Under the pieces are notes generated by a model. That model worked only from the letters and a program-made list of their open reading frames with translations. It ran no database searches and was not told the DNA's origin. Below are positions 1 through 9,031 of a stretch of DNA of 64,000 nucleotides, in pieces. A program made the translations under genes and the position numbers. Within the stretch, counting starts at the first letter, position 1, and the number at the start of each line of letters is the position of its first letter. Origin of the DNA: an uncultured delta proteobacterium (GTDB lineage Bacteria > Desulfobacterota > Zymogenia > Zymogenales > Zymogenaceae); contig CAWELC010000006.1 in NCBI GenBank assembly GCA_963809875.1, forward strand, positions 512,591 to 576,590. Reading direction: 5' to 3'.

Positions 1-864
1 ATCCACAACCTCATACGGAAGACCTTCGATAAGTCGATCGACATCCGGCTTGAACTGGATGAGGATGCGGGAACGGTGGATGCCGATATATCGCAGATAA
101 AACACATGGTGTTGAATTTGGCCGTCAACGCCCGGGACGCGATGCCGACGGGAGGGACGCTGACCTTCAGGACATTCATGTCAACGCTCCCCGACGGACG
201 GATCGAGGCCGGCCGGGACGTGCCGCCGGGTGACTATGTTATCATCAGCGTTTCGGACACCGGGCAGGGCATGGATCGGCAGACCCGAGAGCGACTATCC
301 GAGCCTTCCTTCCGGGGGGGGCGGCTGCCGGAGGGTGCGGGGCCCGGGCTTTCGGTCGTCTACCGTGTCGTGAAGGGTCATGCCGGCTGGGTCGGCGTGA
401 AGAGTGAGGCCGGGGGCGCAACGGAGTTCATCGTCGCGCTGCCCGTGTCGAAGAAGAAGAAGGATGCGCCCGCCGGGGACTCGAAGGAGGTCACGGGGGG
501 GAGCGAGACGGTTCTGATCGTCGACGACGAACCCCAGATCGTCCAGATGCTCACGCGGCTTCTCTCGGATTTCGGCTACCGCGTGCTCGATTCGTATTCC
601 GGCGCCGAGGGGGTCCGCATCTTTGAGGAGCGGGCAGCGGAGATCGACCTGGTTGTGCTGGATATCATGATGCCCGGGATGGGGGGCAAGGAAGTGATGA
701 GCCGAATCCTCCAGCTCCGTCCCGACGCCAGGATCCTCCTGGCCAGCGGCCACAGCGAGCAAGAGCGGCACCGCGAACTCATGGAGATGGGCGCCGCCGG
801 ATTCATCGGCAAACCGTTCGTCGTGCGCGAGCTTCTGGCCAAGGTCAGAGATGTCCTCGGTTAA
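1..864 (+). CDS. Hybrid sensor histidine kinase, C-terminal part (HATPase_c + REC receiver); 5' end outside window
   Basis: Frame 1 is open from nt 1 (IHNLIRKTFDK...). Motifs: N-box NLAVNARDAM, G1 DTGQGMD, G2 GPGLSVV, then receiver domain VLIVDDEP...DLVVLDIMMPGMGG...GKPF. Confidence 0.85.
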   Translation: MHNLIRKTFDKSIDIRLELDEDAGTVDADISQIKHMVLNLAVNARDAMPTGGTLTFRTFMSTLPDGRIEAGRDVPPGDYVIISVSDTGQGMDRQTRERLSEPSFRGGRLPEGAGPGLSVVYRVVKGHAGWVGVKSEAGGATEFIVALPVSKKKKDAPAGDSKEVTGGSETVLIVDDEPQIVQMLTRLLSDFGYRVLDSYSGAEGVRIFEERAAEIDLVVLDIMMPGMGGKEVMSRILQLRPDARILLASGHSEQERHRELMEMGAAGFIGKPFVVRELLAKVRDVLG

Positions 865-1013
865 TGACGCGCTCCCACGGGACGGCCTTCCGTTTTGCGC
901 CTGAAATAGAAAACCCCACGGAAAATAGAATAGAAATCTTCCTCGGCAGGGACGTCTTGGCCTGCGGCATCTGCCGTGAGCAGCACGGTCTCGAAGATCG
1001 GCACGTTTTTTTC

Positions 1014-1042
1014 TTGACAGCGGACGTATATTTTGCTATATT
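1014..1042 (+). promoter_or_regulatory. Sigma70-type promoter for arsR (TTGACA - 17 nt - TATATT)
   Basis: ttgaca at 1014-1019, 17-nt spacer, tatatt at 1037-1042, about 90 nt upstream of the arsR start. Confidence 0.55.
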
Positions 1043-1051
1043 ACCAAATAG
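1035..1051. promoter_or_regulatory. Candidate ArsR operator box, copy 1 (overlaps the -10)
   Basis: gctatattaccaaatag; its reverse complement ctatttggtaatatagc matches 14/17 positions of ctatttggtcaagtagc at 1556-1572. Confidence 0.45.
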
Positions 1052-1132
1052 GAAAGGTCGGCTCTCGCAACGCACGGGCGCGATAAGGGAAAGAGAGGGA
1101 CGGCTGACGCGAGAACCCATAGGGAATCGGTG

Positions 1133-1462
1133 ATGGACCAAAAGACACGGGCATATTATGAAGCCAAGTCGCGGATCTTCAAGGCGCTGGCTCATCCGAC
1201 GCGGCTTCTCATCGTCGATGAGCTGGCCGCCGGCGAGCGCTGCGTCCTGGATCTTACCGAGATGGTCGGGGCGGACATGTCCACGGTCAGCAAACATCTC
1301 TCTATCCTGAAGGCCGCCGGCATCATCGAGGACGAAAAGCGCGGGACGCAGGTCTTCTACACCCTGAAGTTTCCCTGTGTCCTCAATTTCTTCTCGTGCG
1401 TCCGCGACGTCCAGGAGAGCATGATCGAAGAGACGAAGGACGCACTTTCGACGGGCAGGTAG
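1133..1462 (+). CDS. arsR: ArsR/SmtB-family metalloregulator
   Basis: HTH signature ALAHPTRLLIVDELAAGERCVLDL...STVSKHLSILKAAGII. ATG 1133 (GTG 1130 also possible), AGGGAA 6 nt upstream. Confidence 0.85.
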   Translation: MDQKTRAYYEAKSRIFKALAHPTRLLIVDELAAGERCVLDLTEMVGADMSTVSKHLSILKAAGIIEDEKRGTQVFYTLKFPCVLNFFSCVRDVQESMIEETKDALSTGR

Positions 1463-1517
1463 CGTCGGTCCGCCGGTGCCGGAAACGGGCCCGGCCGGCG
1501 TCCGTCGACCTTGCGTG

Positions 1518-1542
1518 GAAACGGAAAACCGTTTCTTTTTTT
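1518..1542 (+). terminator. Rho-independent terminator after arsR
   Basis: gaaacgg-aaaa-ccgtttc hairpin (1518-1535) followed by a T-run (1536-1542). Confidence 0.6.
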
Positions 1543-1550
1543 CACAAACG

Positions 1551-1576
1551 TGTGGCTATTTGGTCAAGTAGCCACA
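1551..1576. promoter_or_regulatory. Candidate ArsR operator, copy 2 (perfect 8-bp inverted repeat)
   Basis: tgtggcta-N10-tagccaca. The inner 17 nt (1556-1572) repeat the box at the arsR promoter. Lies upstream of the permease genes. Confidence 0.45.
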
Positions 1577-1714
1577 ATTAGCATCCGGGGATAGTCCCTC
1601 CGATCACGAGGAGGCGACGGGCCGAGCCCCGTGACTCCGCTCATCCAGGCCTTCTCTTCCTCTCCGAAAGGTGGCAACGGCCGCGCGGAGGGCTCTGATA
1701 CTCAGGGGAACAGT

Positions 1715-2197
1715 ATGCTGAAGAATGCCGTAATCTTCATGCTCGTCACGATTATCCTGCTGATTGTCTCTTTCATGCTTGACAGGGACAAGACGATTCA
1801 GGGGGTCAAGAAGGGTCTTCGGATGTTCTGGCTCATCGCCATGCCGTTCCTGAATATACTGATCCTGATTGCCGTGATAATGTCGGTGATCCCGCCCTCC
1901 CTGATACGGACCTACCTGGGCGCGGGCTCGGGGATCTGGGGACCCCTGGCGGCGGCGTTGATCGGCTCCGTCACCCTCATCCCCGGTTTCATCTCCTACC
2001 CGATCGCCGCGTTCCTGGTCAAGGACGGCGCCTCGTACACGACGGTGGCGACCTTCATGACGACCCTGATGATGGTGGGGATCGTCACGCTGCCCCTGGA
2101 GATACGCTATTTCGGGAAAAGGGTCGCAATCCTCAGGAATATCCTCAATTTTGTCGCCGCCATCGCTATCGGGGTGATGGTCGGGATCATACTGTGA
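1715..2197 (+). CDS. Half-size permease A (one DUF318-like repeat unit)
   Basis: ATG 1715 with AGGGGAA RBS. Polytopic hydrophobic protein whose layout (G..G..P..GAS...E..FG..R) parallels the next ORF. Confidence 0.65.
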   Translation: MLKNAVIFMLVTIILLIVSFMLDRDKTIQGVKKGLRMFWLIAMPFLNILILIAVIMSVIPPSLIRTYLGAGSGIWGPLAAALIGSVTLIPGFISYPIAAFLVKDGASYTTVATFMTTLMMVGIVTLPLEIRYFGKRVAILRNILNFVAAIAIGVMVGIIL

Positions 2198-2712
2198 AAG
2201 AGATCTTGAAAAAATATCTCGTGCCGTCCGTCTTTCTGGCGGCGATTGCCGTGTCCTTCCTGGTCGACTTTCAGCCGGGCAAGGCTGTCTTTTCCCATTT
2301 CGTCGACTACTTCCTCGAGATGATGGCTTTTATCCCCTTTCTCTTTATCATCATCGGCCTGTTTGACGTCTGGTTTCCCCGCGAGATGGTCCAGCGGCAC
2401 GTCGGGGACGAATCGGGCCTGCGGGGCATGATGCTGGTCATAATTCTGGCGATGTTCCAGGCGGGGCCGCTCTACGCGGCATTCCCGGTCGCCGCACTGC
2501 TTTACAAAAAGGGCGCGAGCGTCAGGAATATCTTTGTCTACCTCGGGGCCTTCTCCACCCTCAAGATACCCATGCTCGGGATGGAGATCGGTTTCCTGGG
2601 CCCGGAATTCACGCTGGTTCGCACGCTGGTGTCGCTGCCCCTCTTCATCGGGATCGCCTACCTGATGGAATGGTACCTGAAGGATAAGGATTTCCGCATC
2701 AACGAAGTGTAA
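2194..2712 (+). CDS. Half-size permease B, translationally coupled to A
   Basis: GTG 2194 overlaps the upstream stop (GTGA). Hydrophobic, with the same repeat-unit pattern (AGPLYAAFPVAALLYKKGAS...EIGFLG). Confidence 0.65.
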   Translation: MKEILKKYLVPSVFLAAIAVSFLVDFQPGKAVFSHFVDYFLEMMAFIPFLFIIIGLFDVWFPREMVQRHVGDESGLRGMMLVIILAMFQAGPLYAAFPVAALLYKKGASVRNIFVYLGAFSTLKIPMLGMEIGFLGPEFTLVRTLVSLPLFIGIAYLMEWYLKDKDFRINEV

Positions 2713-2745
2713 TTGCTTGTATTTGAATCTCAGTAAGGAACAACG

Positions 2746-4053
2746 ATGAACTGGAAACAAGAATATAAGATACTGCTCCTGATGATCGCCGTCTTTCTCG
2801 GCCTCTACTTTCTGCCGCTGGGCCTGCCCCGGTTTGACAACGCTATCTTTGAGGCCCTGGCCCTGGCGAAATGGTATACGCGGGAGCACGTGCTGCTCTG
2901 TCTGATCCCGGCCTTTTTCATCGCCGGGGCGATCGCCGTATTCGTGAGCCAGGATTCGGTCATGAAATATCTCGGCGCGGGGGCAAACAAGGTCCTCGCC
3001 TACGGGGTGGCTTCGGTCTCCGGCTCGGTGCTGGCCGTATGCTCCTGCACGGTGATGCCGCTCTTCGCCGGTATCTACCGGATGGGCGCGGGGCTGGGGC
3101 CGGCGTCGGCCTTCCTCTACTCGGGGCCGGCCATCAACGTCCTGGCAATCATCCTCACGGCGCGAATCCTCGGCCTGGAGATGGGGATCGCCCGGACGGT
3201 AGGGGCGGTCTCCCTCTCGATCGTCATCGGGCTTCTTATGCACTTCATTTTCAGGAAGGAAGAGGTCGATCGAGTTGCCGCTCTTGCCTCGCTTCCCGTC
3301 TCCGATCCGAAGAGGTCATTATGGCAGAATGCCCTTTTCTTCTTCGTCCTCGTGGCAATCCTCATTTTCGCCACATGGAGCAGTCCCGAGGGTTCGACGG
3401 GATTTTTTGCCCTGATCTATTCGGTCAAATGGATACTGGTTTCCCTTTTTGGCGCGGGGCTGGGCCTCATCCTCATCGGCTGGTTCGGCGTGAAATGGCT
3501 TTGGGTGGCGCTTGCCGCCGCGGGCGTCGCGGTGGCGGCGCTGATAGCGCCCGGCTATCCATTGGTCCCGTTTGTCGTCGGGGTGGCGGGTCTTTCGATT
3601 ATCACCGCTTCCGATAAGGGGGAGGCCAACGCGTGGTTTTCCTCGACGTGGGATTTCGCGAAGTTGATTTTACCTCTTCTCATCCTTGGCGTGCTGGTCG
3701 CGGGTTTTCTGCTCGGACGTCCGGGCCACGAGGGGATTATCCCCTCGGCATGGGTGGCATGGGCCGTGGGCGGCAATTCGCTGTGGGCAAATCTCTTTGC
3801 CGCCGTGGCGGGGGCCTTCATGTATTTTGCAACCCTCACGGAGGTGCCCATCCTCCAGGGGCTCATGGGTGCCGGGATGGGCAAGGGGCCGGCGCTGTCG
3901 CTGCTTCTGGCGGGGCCTGCGCTATCATTGCCGAGCATGCTGATAATCAGGAGTGTTATCGGGACGAAGAAGATGCTCGTGTATGTTTCGTTGGTCGTGC
4001 TCTTTTCTACGATCAGCGGGTTGATTTACGGGTCGCTCTTCGCCCAGGTGTGA
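2746..4053 (+). CDS. Full-length UPF0718/DUF318 permease (ArsP/YraQ-like)
   Basis: 435 aa, more than 10 TM segments, VCSCTVMPLF and GPASAFLYSGPAINV motifs typical of this family; located in an ars context. Confidence 0.75.
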   Translation: MNWKQEYKILLLMIAVFLGLYFLPLGLPRFDNAIFEALALAKWYTREHVLLCLIPAFFIAGAIAVFVSQDSVMKYLGAGANKVLAYGVASVSGSVLAVCSCTVMPLFAGIYRMGAGLGPASAFLYSGPAINVLAIILTARILGLEMGIARTVGAVSLSIVIGLLMHFIFRKEEVDRVAALASLPVSDPKRSLWQNALFFFVLVAILIFATWSSPEGSTGFFALIYSVKWILVSLFGAGLGLILIGWFGVKWLWVALAAAGVAVAALIAPGYPLVPFVVGVAGLSIITASDKGEANAWFSSTWDFAKLILPLLILGVLVAGFLLGRPGHEGIIPSAWVAWAVGGNSLWANLFAAVAGAFMYFATLTEVPILQGLMGAGMGKGPALSLLLAGPALSLPSMLIIRSVIGTKKMLVYVSLVVLFSTISGLIYGSLFAQV

Positions 4054-4111
4054 AAACCATAATCCAGAGGTGATCCTCAGGGATTGCTTTCACAGAAATA
4101 GGAGTAACGTG

Positions 4112-4345
4112 ATGAAGAAAATCCAGATACTCGGCATGGGCTGCGCCAAGTGTAATCGACTCCAGGAAAATGCCGAGGCCGCGGCAAAGGAGCTCGGCAT
4201 CGACTATGAGATCGAAAAGGTAAACGACATCGACAAGATCATGTCCTTCGGCGTGATGACGACGCCGGCGCTGGCAATTGACGGCGTGGTGAAGGCCGCG
4301 GGCAAGCTCCTGACGCCTGACGAGATCAAGGAGTTTCTAAAGTAG
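4112..4345 (+). CDS. Thioredoxin-fold redox-active disulfide protein 2 (TM0996/MTH895-like)
   Basis: 77 aa from ATG 4112 (AGGAG RBS at 4100-4104). CxxC motif GMGCAKC, then GVMTTPALAIDG. Confidence 0.75.
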   Translation: MKKIQILGMGCAKCNRLQENAEAAAKELGIDYEIEKVNDIDKIMSFGVMTTPALAIDGVVKAAGKLLTPDEIKEFLK

Positions 4346-4423
4346 GCCCGGCGTATTTCCGCCTCCTCTCAACGACGGGATTGCGGACACAAATCCAGGC
4401 AGTCTGCACGAAGGAGCAGAAAC

Positions 4424-4804
4424 ATGAGCACGAAAGACGAATGTCAATGCGGGGAAGGGACAAGGCTGATCTTTCCCTGTTCCGGCTCCGCCGACGTGGG
4501 TGAGATCGCCGACCGTGCCGCGCGGAAATTGACTCGGGAGGGCGCGGGAAAGATGTCGTGTCTTGCCGGCATCGGCGGCGGGGTGTCGGGTATGATCGAA
4601 TCGGCCAAGGGCGCCTCCCGGGTGCTTGCCGTCGACGGCTGCCCCATCGACTGCGCCAGGAAGACGCTGGAGAAGGCGGGCATCACCGATTTCGTCCACC
4701 TTCGGGTCAGCGACCATGGAATGAAAAAGGGGCAGTCTCCGGTCTCCGACGAGAATATCATAGTCATCGTGGATAAAGGCGCGGCGCTCCTCATGGGCCG
4801 TTGA
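4424..4804 (+). CDS. DGC-domain putative zinc-binding protein
   Basis: AVDGCPIDCARK motif plus an N-terminal Cys cluster (CQCG...FPCSG). This family is commonly found next to ars genes. Confidence 0.7.
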   Translation: MSTKDECQCGEGTRLIFPCSGSADVGEIADRAARKLTREGAGKMSCLAGIGGGVSGMIESAKGASRVLAVDGCPIDCARKTLEKAGITDFVHLRVSDHGMKKGQSPVSDENIIVIVDKGAALLMGR

Positions 4805-4915
4805 CGGATACGGCTCTGCCGATGCTGCGCCGGAAGCACGGTCACAGCAAGAACCCGGCTGGTGCCGCGCGGTCCCGCTCGTTACCGCGTTAATGCGAAC
4901 AAAGCAAAGGAGAAA

Positions 4916-5545
4916 ATGATGAAAACACAATTCGTACCGCCGGAATGGGCGTTCGAGTTTCATGGGCATCGCTGTCCTTTCATGCCGATCGGCTACCGGA
5001 TGGGGATGCTCGCAATGGCAAGGCTTGGAGTCGAGAGGGAGAAAGACCACGGCTTTTTCATATTCCCCGAGATGGGAGAAGGCCACCCGCAGAGCTGCAT
5101 GATGGACGGTATGCAGGCCGCAACCGGCGCGACCTACGGCAAGGTCCTGATGGCCAAGACCTTCTACGGCAAACTGGCCGCGACCTTTTATCACCCCAAG
5201 AAAGGGGCCGTCCGCTTTTCCCTCACCCCGGCATTTCTGGACGCAATGGGCAAATTCGAATTCTTCGCATACCGCAAACGCGGCGTGGAGCCGTCGGGCA
5301 TCCCCTCTGCGGTCGGCGATGAGGTCATCGACTGGATTGCCGAACAGCCGGACGACGCGGTCTTTAAGATCGAGGATAAACCGGACTTCACCTATACGCC
5401 GGTAAAGGGTTCGTTCAATAAGACGCTCTGTACTGAATGCGGAGAGTACGTATTCGATCGGTTCGTGCGGATAAGAGACGGCAAACCTGTATGCATACCC
5501 TGCTCGGGATATGAAAAAACGGTCAAGCGGGAGAGCGGTGCATGA
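4916..5545 (+). CDS. FmdE/FwdE-family protein with C-terminal zinc ribbon
   Basis: ATG 4916 with AAGGAG RBS. FHGHRCPFMPIGYRMG motif; C-terminal CTECGEY...CIPC. Confidence 0.75.
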   Translation: MMKTQFVPPEWAFEFHGHRCPFMPIGYRMGMLAMARLGVEREKDHGFFIFPEMGEGHPQSCMMDGMQAATGATYGKVLMAKTFYGKLAATFYHPKKGAVRFSLTPAFLDAMGKFEFFAYRKRGVEPSGIPSAVGDEVIDWIAEQPDDAVFKIEDKPDFTYTPVKGSFNKTLCTECGEYVFDRFVRIRDGKPVCIPCSGYEKTVKRESGA

Positions 5546-6285
5546 CGGCGATTATCGCAGGGATCATCACGTTTGCGTTCACGACACTGCTCACCATCGC
5601 GGGGGTGGGCGCGGCATTCATCCTGATCCCCGTCTTTATCGCGCTTGGGATCGAGCTTCACGCGGCGATGGCCACGGCCCTGCTGCTGAACTCGATCAGT
5701 ATGTCGGTCGCCTCCGTTAATTTTATCAGACGTAAGCTGGTCGTATGGCGAATCGCGATTCCGATTCTCATCATCGCCAGCGCGCTCTCTCCCATCGGCG
5801 CGCGAGTGAGCCAGCAGCTTGACAAAAACCTGCTGCTCTGGATGTTCGTGGGTTTCCTGGTTTTCGCGGCGGCGATGATGCTCTTTTACACTCCCCGGCT
5901 TAAGGAGGACTCCTACAAAACGGGGACGCTTCTGGGGGTTGGAATGAGCGTCGGCGGCGTTGCCGGGTTTCTGGGTGGCCTGCTCGGGGTGGGCGGCGGA
6001 AACTTCATCGTGCCTGCGCTGGTGGGATTTGGATTTGACCCCAAGAAGGCCTCGGCGACCACCGCATTTGTGGTGATCTTTGCGTCATTCGCGGGCTTCC
6101 TGGGGCACGTAACGCTCGGCGGGATGAACTACTCATTGCTTGCCTTCACCGCGATCGGCTCGGCCGCCGGAGCCGCTCTCGGGTCTTATCTCATGTCCGA
6201 TAAGCTCAAGGGAAGGCAGGTCAAGATTATCATCGGCCTCGTCTTGATCGGTATTGCCGTTAAGATGATCTGGGATCTCCTGTAG
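5542..6285 (+). CDS. TauE/SafE-family anion exporter
   Basis: ATGA overlap with the FmdE stop. Two-repeat polytopic protein with [10 protein letters not shown] and [12 protein letters not shown] motifs. Confidence 0.75.
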   Translation: MTAIIAGIITFAFTTLLTIAGVGAAFILIPVFIALGIELHAAMATALLLNSISMSVASVNFIRRKLVVWRIAIPILIIASALSPIGARVSQQLDKNLLLWMFVGFLVFAAAMMLFYTPRLKEDSYKTGTLLGVGMSVGGVAGFLGGLLGVGGGNFIVPALVGFGFDPKKASATTAFVVIFASFAGFLGHVTLGGMNYSLLAFTAIGSAAGAALGSYLMSDKLKGRQVKIIIGLVLIGIAVKMIWDLL

Positions 6286-6359
6286 CGTTCCGGACGGCCG
6301 GGCTACGGGAGAGCGAGTGTGAGTTCAATCGTAAGCGATAGACGGAGGAAGGAGCCGCT

Positions 6360-6785
6360 ATGGTGAGTAAGAAAGTACTCTTTGTCTGTGTCCACAACAG
6401 CGCCCGGAGCCAGATGGCCGAGGCGTTCCTGAATAAGCTGGGCGGAGAACGCTTCGAGGTCGAGAGCGCGGGGCTCGAGCCCACCGTGATCAATCCCCTG
6501 GCGATAGAAGTCATGCGGGAGGTCGGCATCGACATCTCCCGAAACAGGACCCGGGACGTCTTTGAGCTCTTCAAGGCGGGGAGAAAATACGACTACGTCA
6601 TCACCGTCTGCGACGAGGCCTCCGGCCAGCGCTGTCCCCTCTTTCCGGGGAAGGCCGAGCGGCTGCATTGGAGCTTAGCCGATCCGTCCGCGTTCACCGG
6701 TACCCGTGAGGAAAAGTTGACGCGGATGAGAATGCTGAGAGACGACATAAAGAAAATGGTCCAAGAGTGGCTATTGAACTGCTGA
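6360..6785 (+). CDS. arsC: Arsenate reductase, LMW-PTP / thioredoxin-coupled type
   Basis: CX5R P-loop [13 protein letters not shown], downstream Cys pair ([11 protein letters not shown]), 141 aa. Confidence 0.85.
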   Translation: MVSKKVLFVCVHNSARSQMAEAFLNKLGGERFEVESAGLEPTVINPLAIEVMREVGIDISRNRTRDVFELFKAGRKYDYVITVCDEASGQRCPLFPGKAERLHWSLADPSAFTGTREEKLTRMRMLRDDIKKMVQEWLLNC

Positions 6786-6934
6786 TTAGGGTGCAGGCGC
6801 TTATTCAGAAACTGAAGGAGAGAAACGAGAACAAAATATGAAGGGTTTACAGCTTCGGCTTGTTGATGTACTCAACGCTTAGTAATTGGCTCGACATGAG
6901 GGAATAAAAGATAGCAAGAAATGGGAGAAAGTGC

Positions 6935-7393
6935 ATGATGGAGAAATCTCAGTCCAAGAAAGGCCGGCTTCGAATTCCTTCCGCAGTAAGGATCATCCTG
7001 TTGGTGGTGGTTGTATTCGTGGCGGCAGGTGTGTTATACATCTCCGCGATAGGGCCAGGCGCAATTCCGAAGAATGACGGGTTAAGCGATAACACCGCCG
7101 TCGCTGCGGATTCGCTTCCCGTCCTTGTTGACCTGGGTGCCGACCGATGCGTACCCTGCAAGATGATGGCGCCGATTCTCGAGGAGATCAAGAAGGAATA
7201 CAAGGGGAAACTTGACGTTGTCTTCTACGACGTATGGAAAGACCCCGCTCCCGCCGAGAAATACAGGATACGGGGCATCCCGACGCAGATATTCCTTGAT
7301 GAAACGGGAAAGGAGCTCTATCGTCACGCGGGCTATTTATCAAAAGAAGATATATTGCGTAAATGGAGGGAACTCGGTTATGATCTCCGATAG
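6935..7393 (+). CDS. Membrane-anchored thioredoxin
   Basis: N-terminal TM segment (IILLVVVVFVAAGVLYI), active-site CVPC, RGIPTQIF cis-Pro region. Confidence 0.8.
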   Translation: MMEKSQSKKGRLRIPSAVRIILLVVVVFVAAGVLYISAIGPGAIPKNDGLSDNTAVAADSLPVLVDLGADRCVPCKMMAPILEEIKKEYKGKLDVVFYDVWKDPAPAEKYRIRGIPTQIFLDETGKELYRHAGYLSKEDILRKWRELGYDLR

Positions 7394-7509
7394 GAACCGG
7401 TGTCCCGCGGCTAAGAGGTGTGCTTTTTCACGCCGTCATGTGACGAGAGAGGACAAAAGCAAAACGCGGTAGTATCGTACCGCTCGTACATCCGAGGAGT
7501 TGTTAGCTC

Positions 7510-8089
7510 ATGAAACCAAAGACCATCGTCACCATAATCCTGCTGCTTTTCGTCGCGGCCAGCGTCGCCTATCTTGCGGTAGGAGCACTCTGGAAAAGCC
7601 CGGACATTAAAACAGCTCCTGCCGTTCCTACCGCAACGGCTCCCCTATCGGCGGTGTCCCCGGCGACCGATCCCGCCGTGGACAGGCCGTCTACGGACGC
7701 CTCTCCCACGGAGAAACCGAAGCCTGCCGTCGAGACCTCACCGGACACCTACATCGTTGTCTACTACTTCCACGGATACTACCGATGTATCACCTGCAAG
7801 ACGATCGAGATGTATACGCGGGAGGCAGTCAACGAGGCCTTCCTCAAGGAGCTCGGCAACGGCAGCCTTCACCTGCGCGTTCTCAATATGCAGGACCCGG
7901 TCAACGAAGGCGTACGTGAAGGACTTCGGATTGGAATACTATGTTGTAGTGCTCGAAGAGGTTGTGGACGGAAAACGCGTCCAATGGAAAAAGCTGGAGG
8001 GCGTATGGGACCTCCTCAAGGACAAGGATGCGTTCAAGAAATACGTCATAAGCGAGACGAGGGCGTACCTGAAGGAGATCGGCCGATGA
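7510..8089 (+). pseudogene. Membrane-anchored thioredoxin-like protein (family often annotated nitrophenyl phosphatase), +1 frame break near 7906-7912
   Basis: Frame 1 gives the TM anchor, an Ala/Pro linker and YYFHGYYRCITCKTIE...VLNMQDPVNE. Frame 2 continues AYVKDFGLEYYVVVLEE...YLKEIGR* (stop 8089). Deleting one g in gaaggcg restores it. Confidence 0.7.
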
Positions 8090-8778
8090 CCGACCTTATC
8101 GTTGCCATCGCCTCCGCGTTCTGGCTGGGGATACTCACGACGGTCAGCCCCTGTCCCCTGGCGACCAACATCGCCGCCGTATCGTACGTCGGGAGAAACG
8201 TCACAAGCTCCTGGAGAGTCTTTCTTTCAGGCCTTCTCTATACGCTGGGGAGAACGGCGGTCTACGTTATCATCGGAATGATCCTGGTCAAGAGCCTCTT
8301 GGCGGCCGTGAATCTATCCTTTTTTCTCCAAAACAACGTCAACAAGATTCTTGGCCCCATCCTCATTATAGTAGGAATGGTCCTGGTCGGGTTGATCAAT
8401 TTTAACGTCTCCGGGTTCGGTCAGAGCAAGCGGCTTGAGCGGTGGGTCGACGCCCTCGGTCTGGGCGGGGCGTTCCTCCTGGGGGCCGTCTTTGCGCTCT
8501 CGTTCTGCCCGGTCTCGGCGGCGCTCTTTTTCGGGAGCCTGATTCCCATTGCCGTGGCCAGCGGATCGGTCGTAATCGTCCCCTCCGCCTACGGTGCGGC
8601 CACGGGCCTGCCGGTGCTGGCCTTCGCGGTGCTGCTGGCCGCCGGGGTAAAACAGATCACACCGATATTCGACACGATCATCCGGTATGAGGTATGGATC
8701 AGGCGCATCACCGGGATCGTCTTTATCCTCGTGGGGATTTACTACTGCCTCATATACGTCTTTCGGATTTATGGTTAA
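8086..8778 (+). CDS. ccdA: CcdA/DsbD-family thiol:disulfide electron transporter
   Basis: ATG 8086 overlaps the upstream frame-2 stop (ATGA). TVSPCPLATN and LSFCPVSAALF Cys motifs, about 6 TM segments. Confidence 0.8.
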   Translation: MTDLIVAIASAFWLGILTTVSPCPLATNIAAVSYVGRNVTSSWRVFLSGLLYTLGRTAVYVIIGMILVKSLLAAVNLSFFLQNNVNKILGPILIIVGMVLVGLINFNVSGFGQSKRLERWVDALGLGGAFLLGAVFALSFCPVSAALFFGSLIPIAVASGSVVIVPSAYGAATGLPVLAFAVLLAAGVKQITPIFDTIIRYEVWIRRITGIVFILVGIYYCLIYVFRIYG

Positions 8779-8865
8779 GCTGGTGCTATGCAACTACTAT
8801 ACGTCTCAGCTCGTTTATAGGTAAACCGGCATAAAAAAACCCCGCGGGGAGAGAAATATAGTTAC

Positions 8866-9015
8866 ATGAAAACGAAGACGATTGTTACCGGTGCCCTGCT
8901 TCTGTTCGTCGCGGCCGGCGCGGCTTATCCGACCGTGGGTGAAGCCGGGGGGAAGACGGGCGGCCAATCCGCGCCCACCGGCAGTACCCGTCGAAATATG
9001 AACAATCAAACCTAA
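8866..9015 (+). other. 49-codon ORF resembling the N-terminal anchor of gene 7510 (truncated paralog remnant?)
   Basis: MKTKTIVTGALLLFVAAGAAY... compared with MKPKTIVTIILLLFVAASVAY... of 7510. It stops after an Ala/Gly/Pro linker with no Trx-like domain. Confidence 0.4.
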
Positions 9016-9031
9016 TAGCGAGGAATTGGCT

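Noticed and set aside
2107-3243. Long antisense ORFs opposite real genes. Examples: 2107..3243(-), 19859..20836(-), 21238..22218(-), 22149..23084(-), 23834..24730(-), 31386..32570(+), 37234..38418(+), 38436..40076(-), 41015..42334(+), 44220..45533(+), 55932..57314(+), 60058..61119(-)
   Set aside because: Arg/Gly/Pro/Asp/His-rich low-complexity translations with no motifs, each lying exactly opposite a gene with clear family signatures. These are typical shadow ORFs of high-GC DNA.
7510-8778. 422-aa ORF that looks like a single large Trx-like/CcdA fusion protein
   Set aside because: The middle part (GVREGLRIGILCCSARRGCGRKTRPMEKAGG...) is low-complexity read-through. The conserved continuation is in frame 2 and stops at 8089, where ccdA starts with an ATGA overlap.
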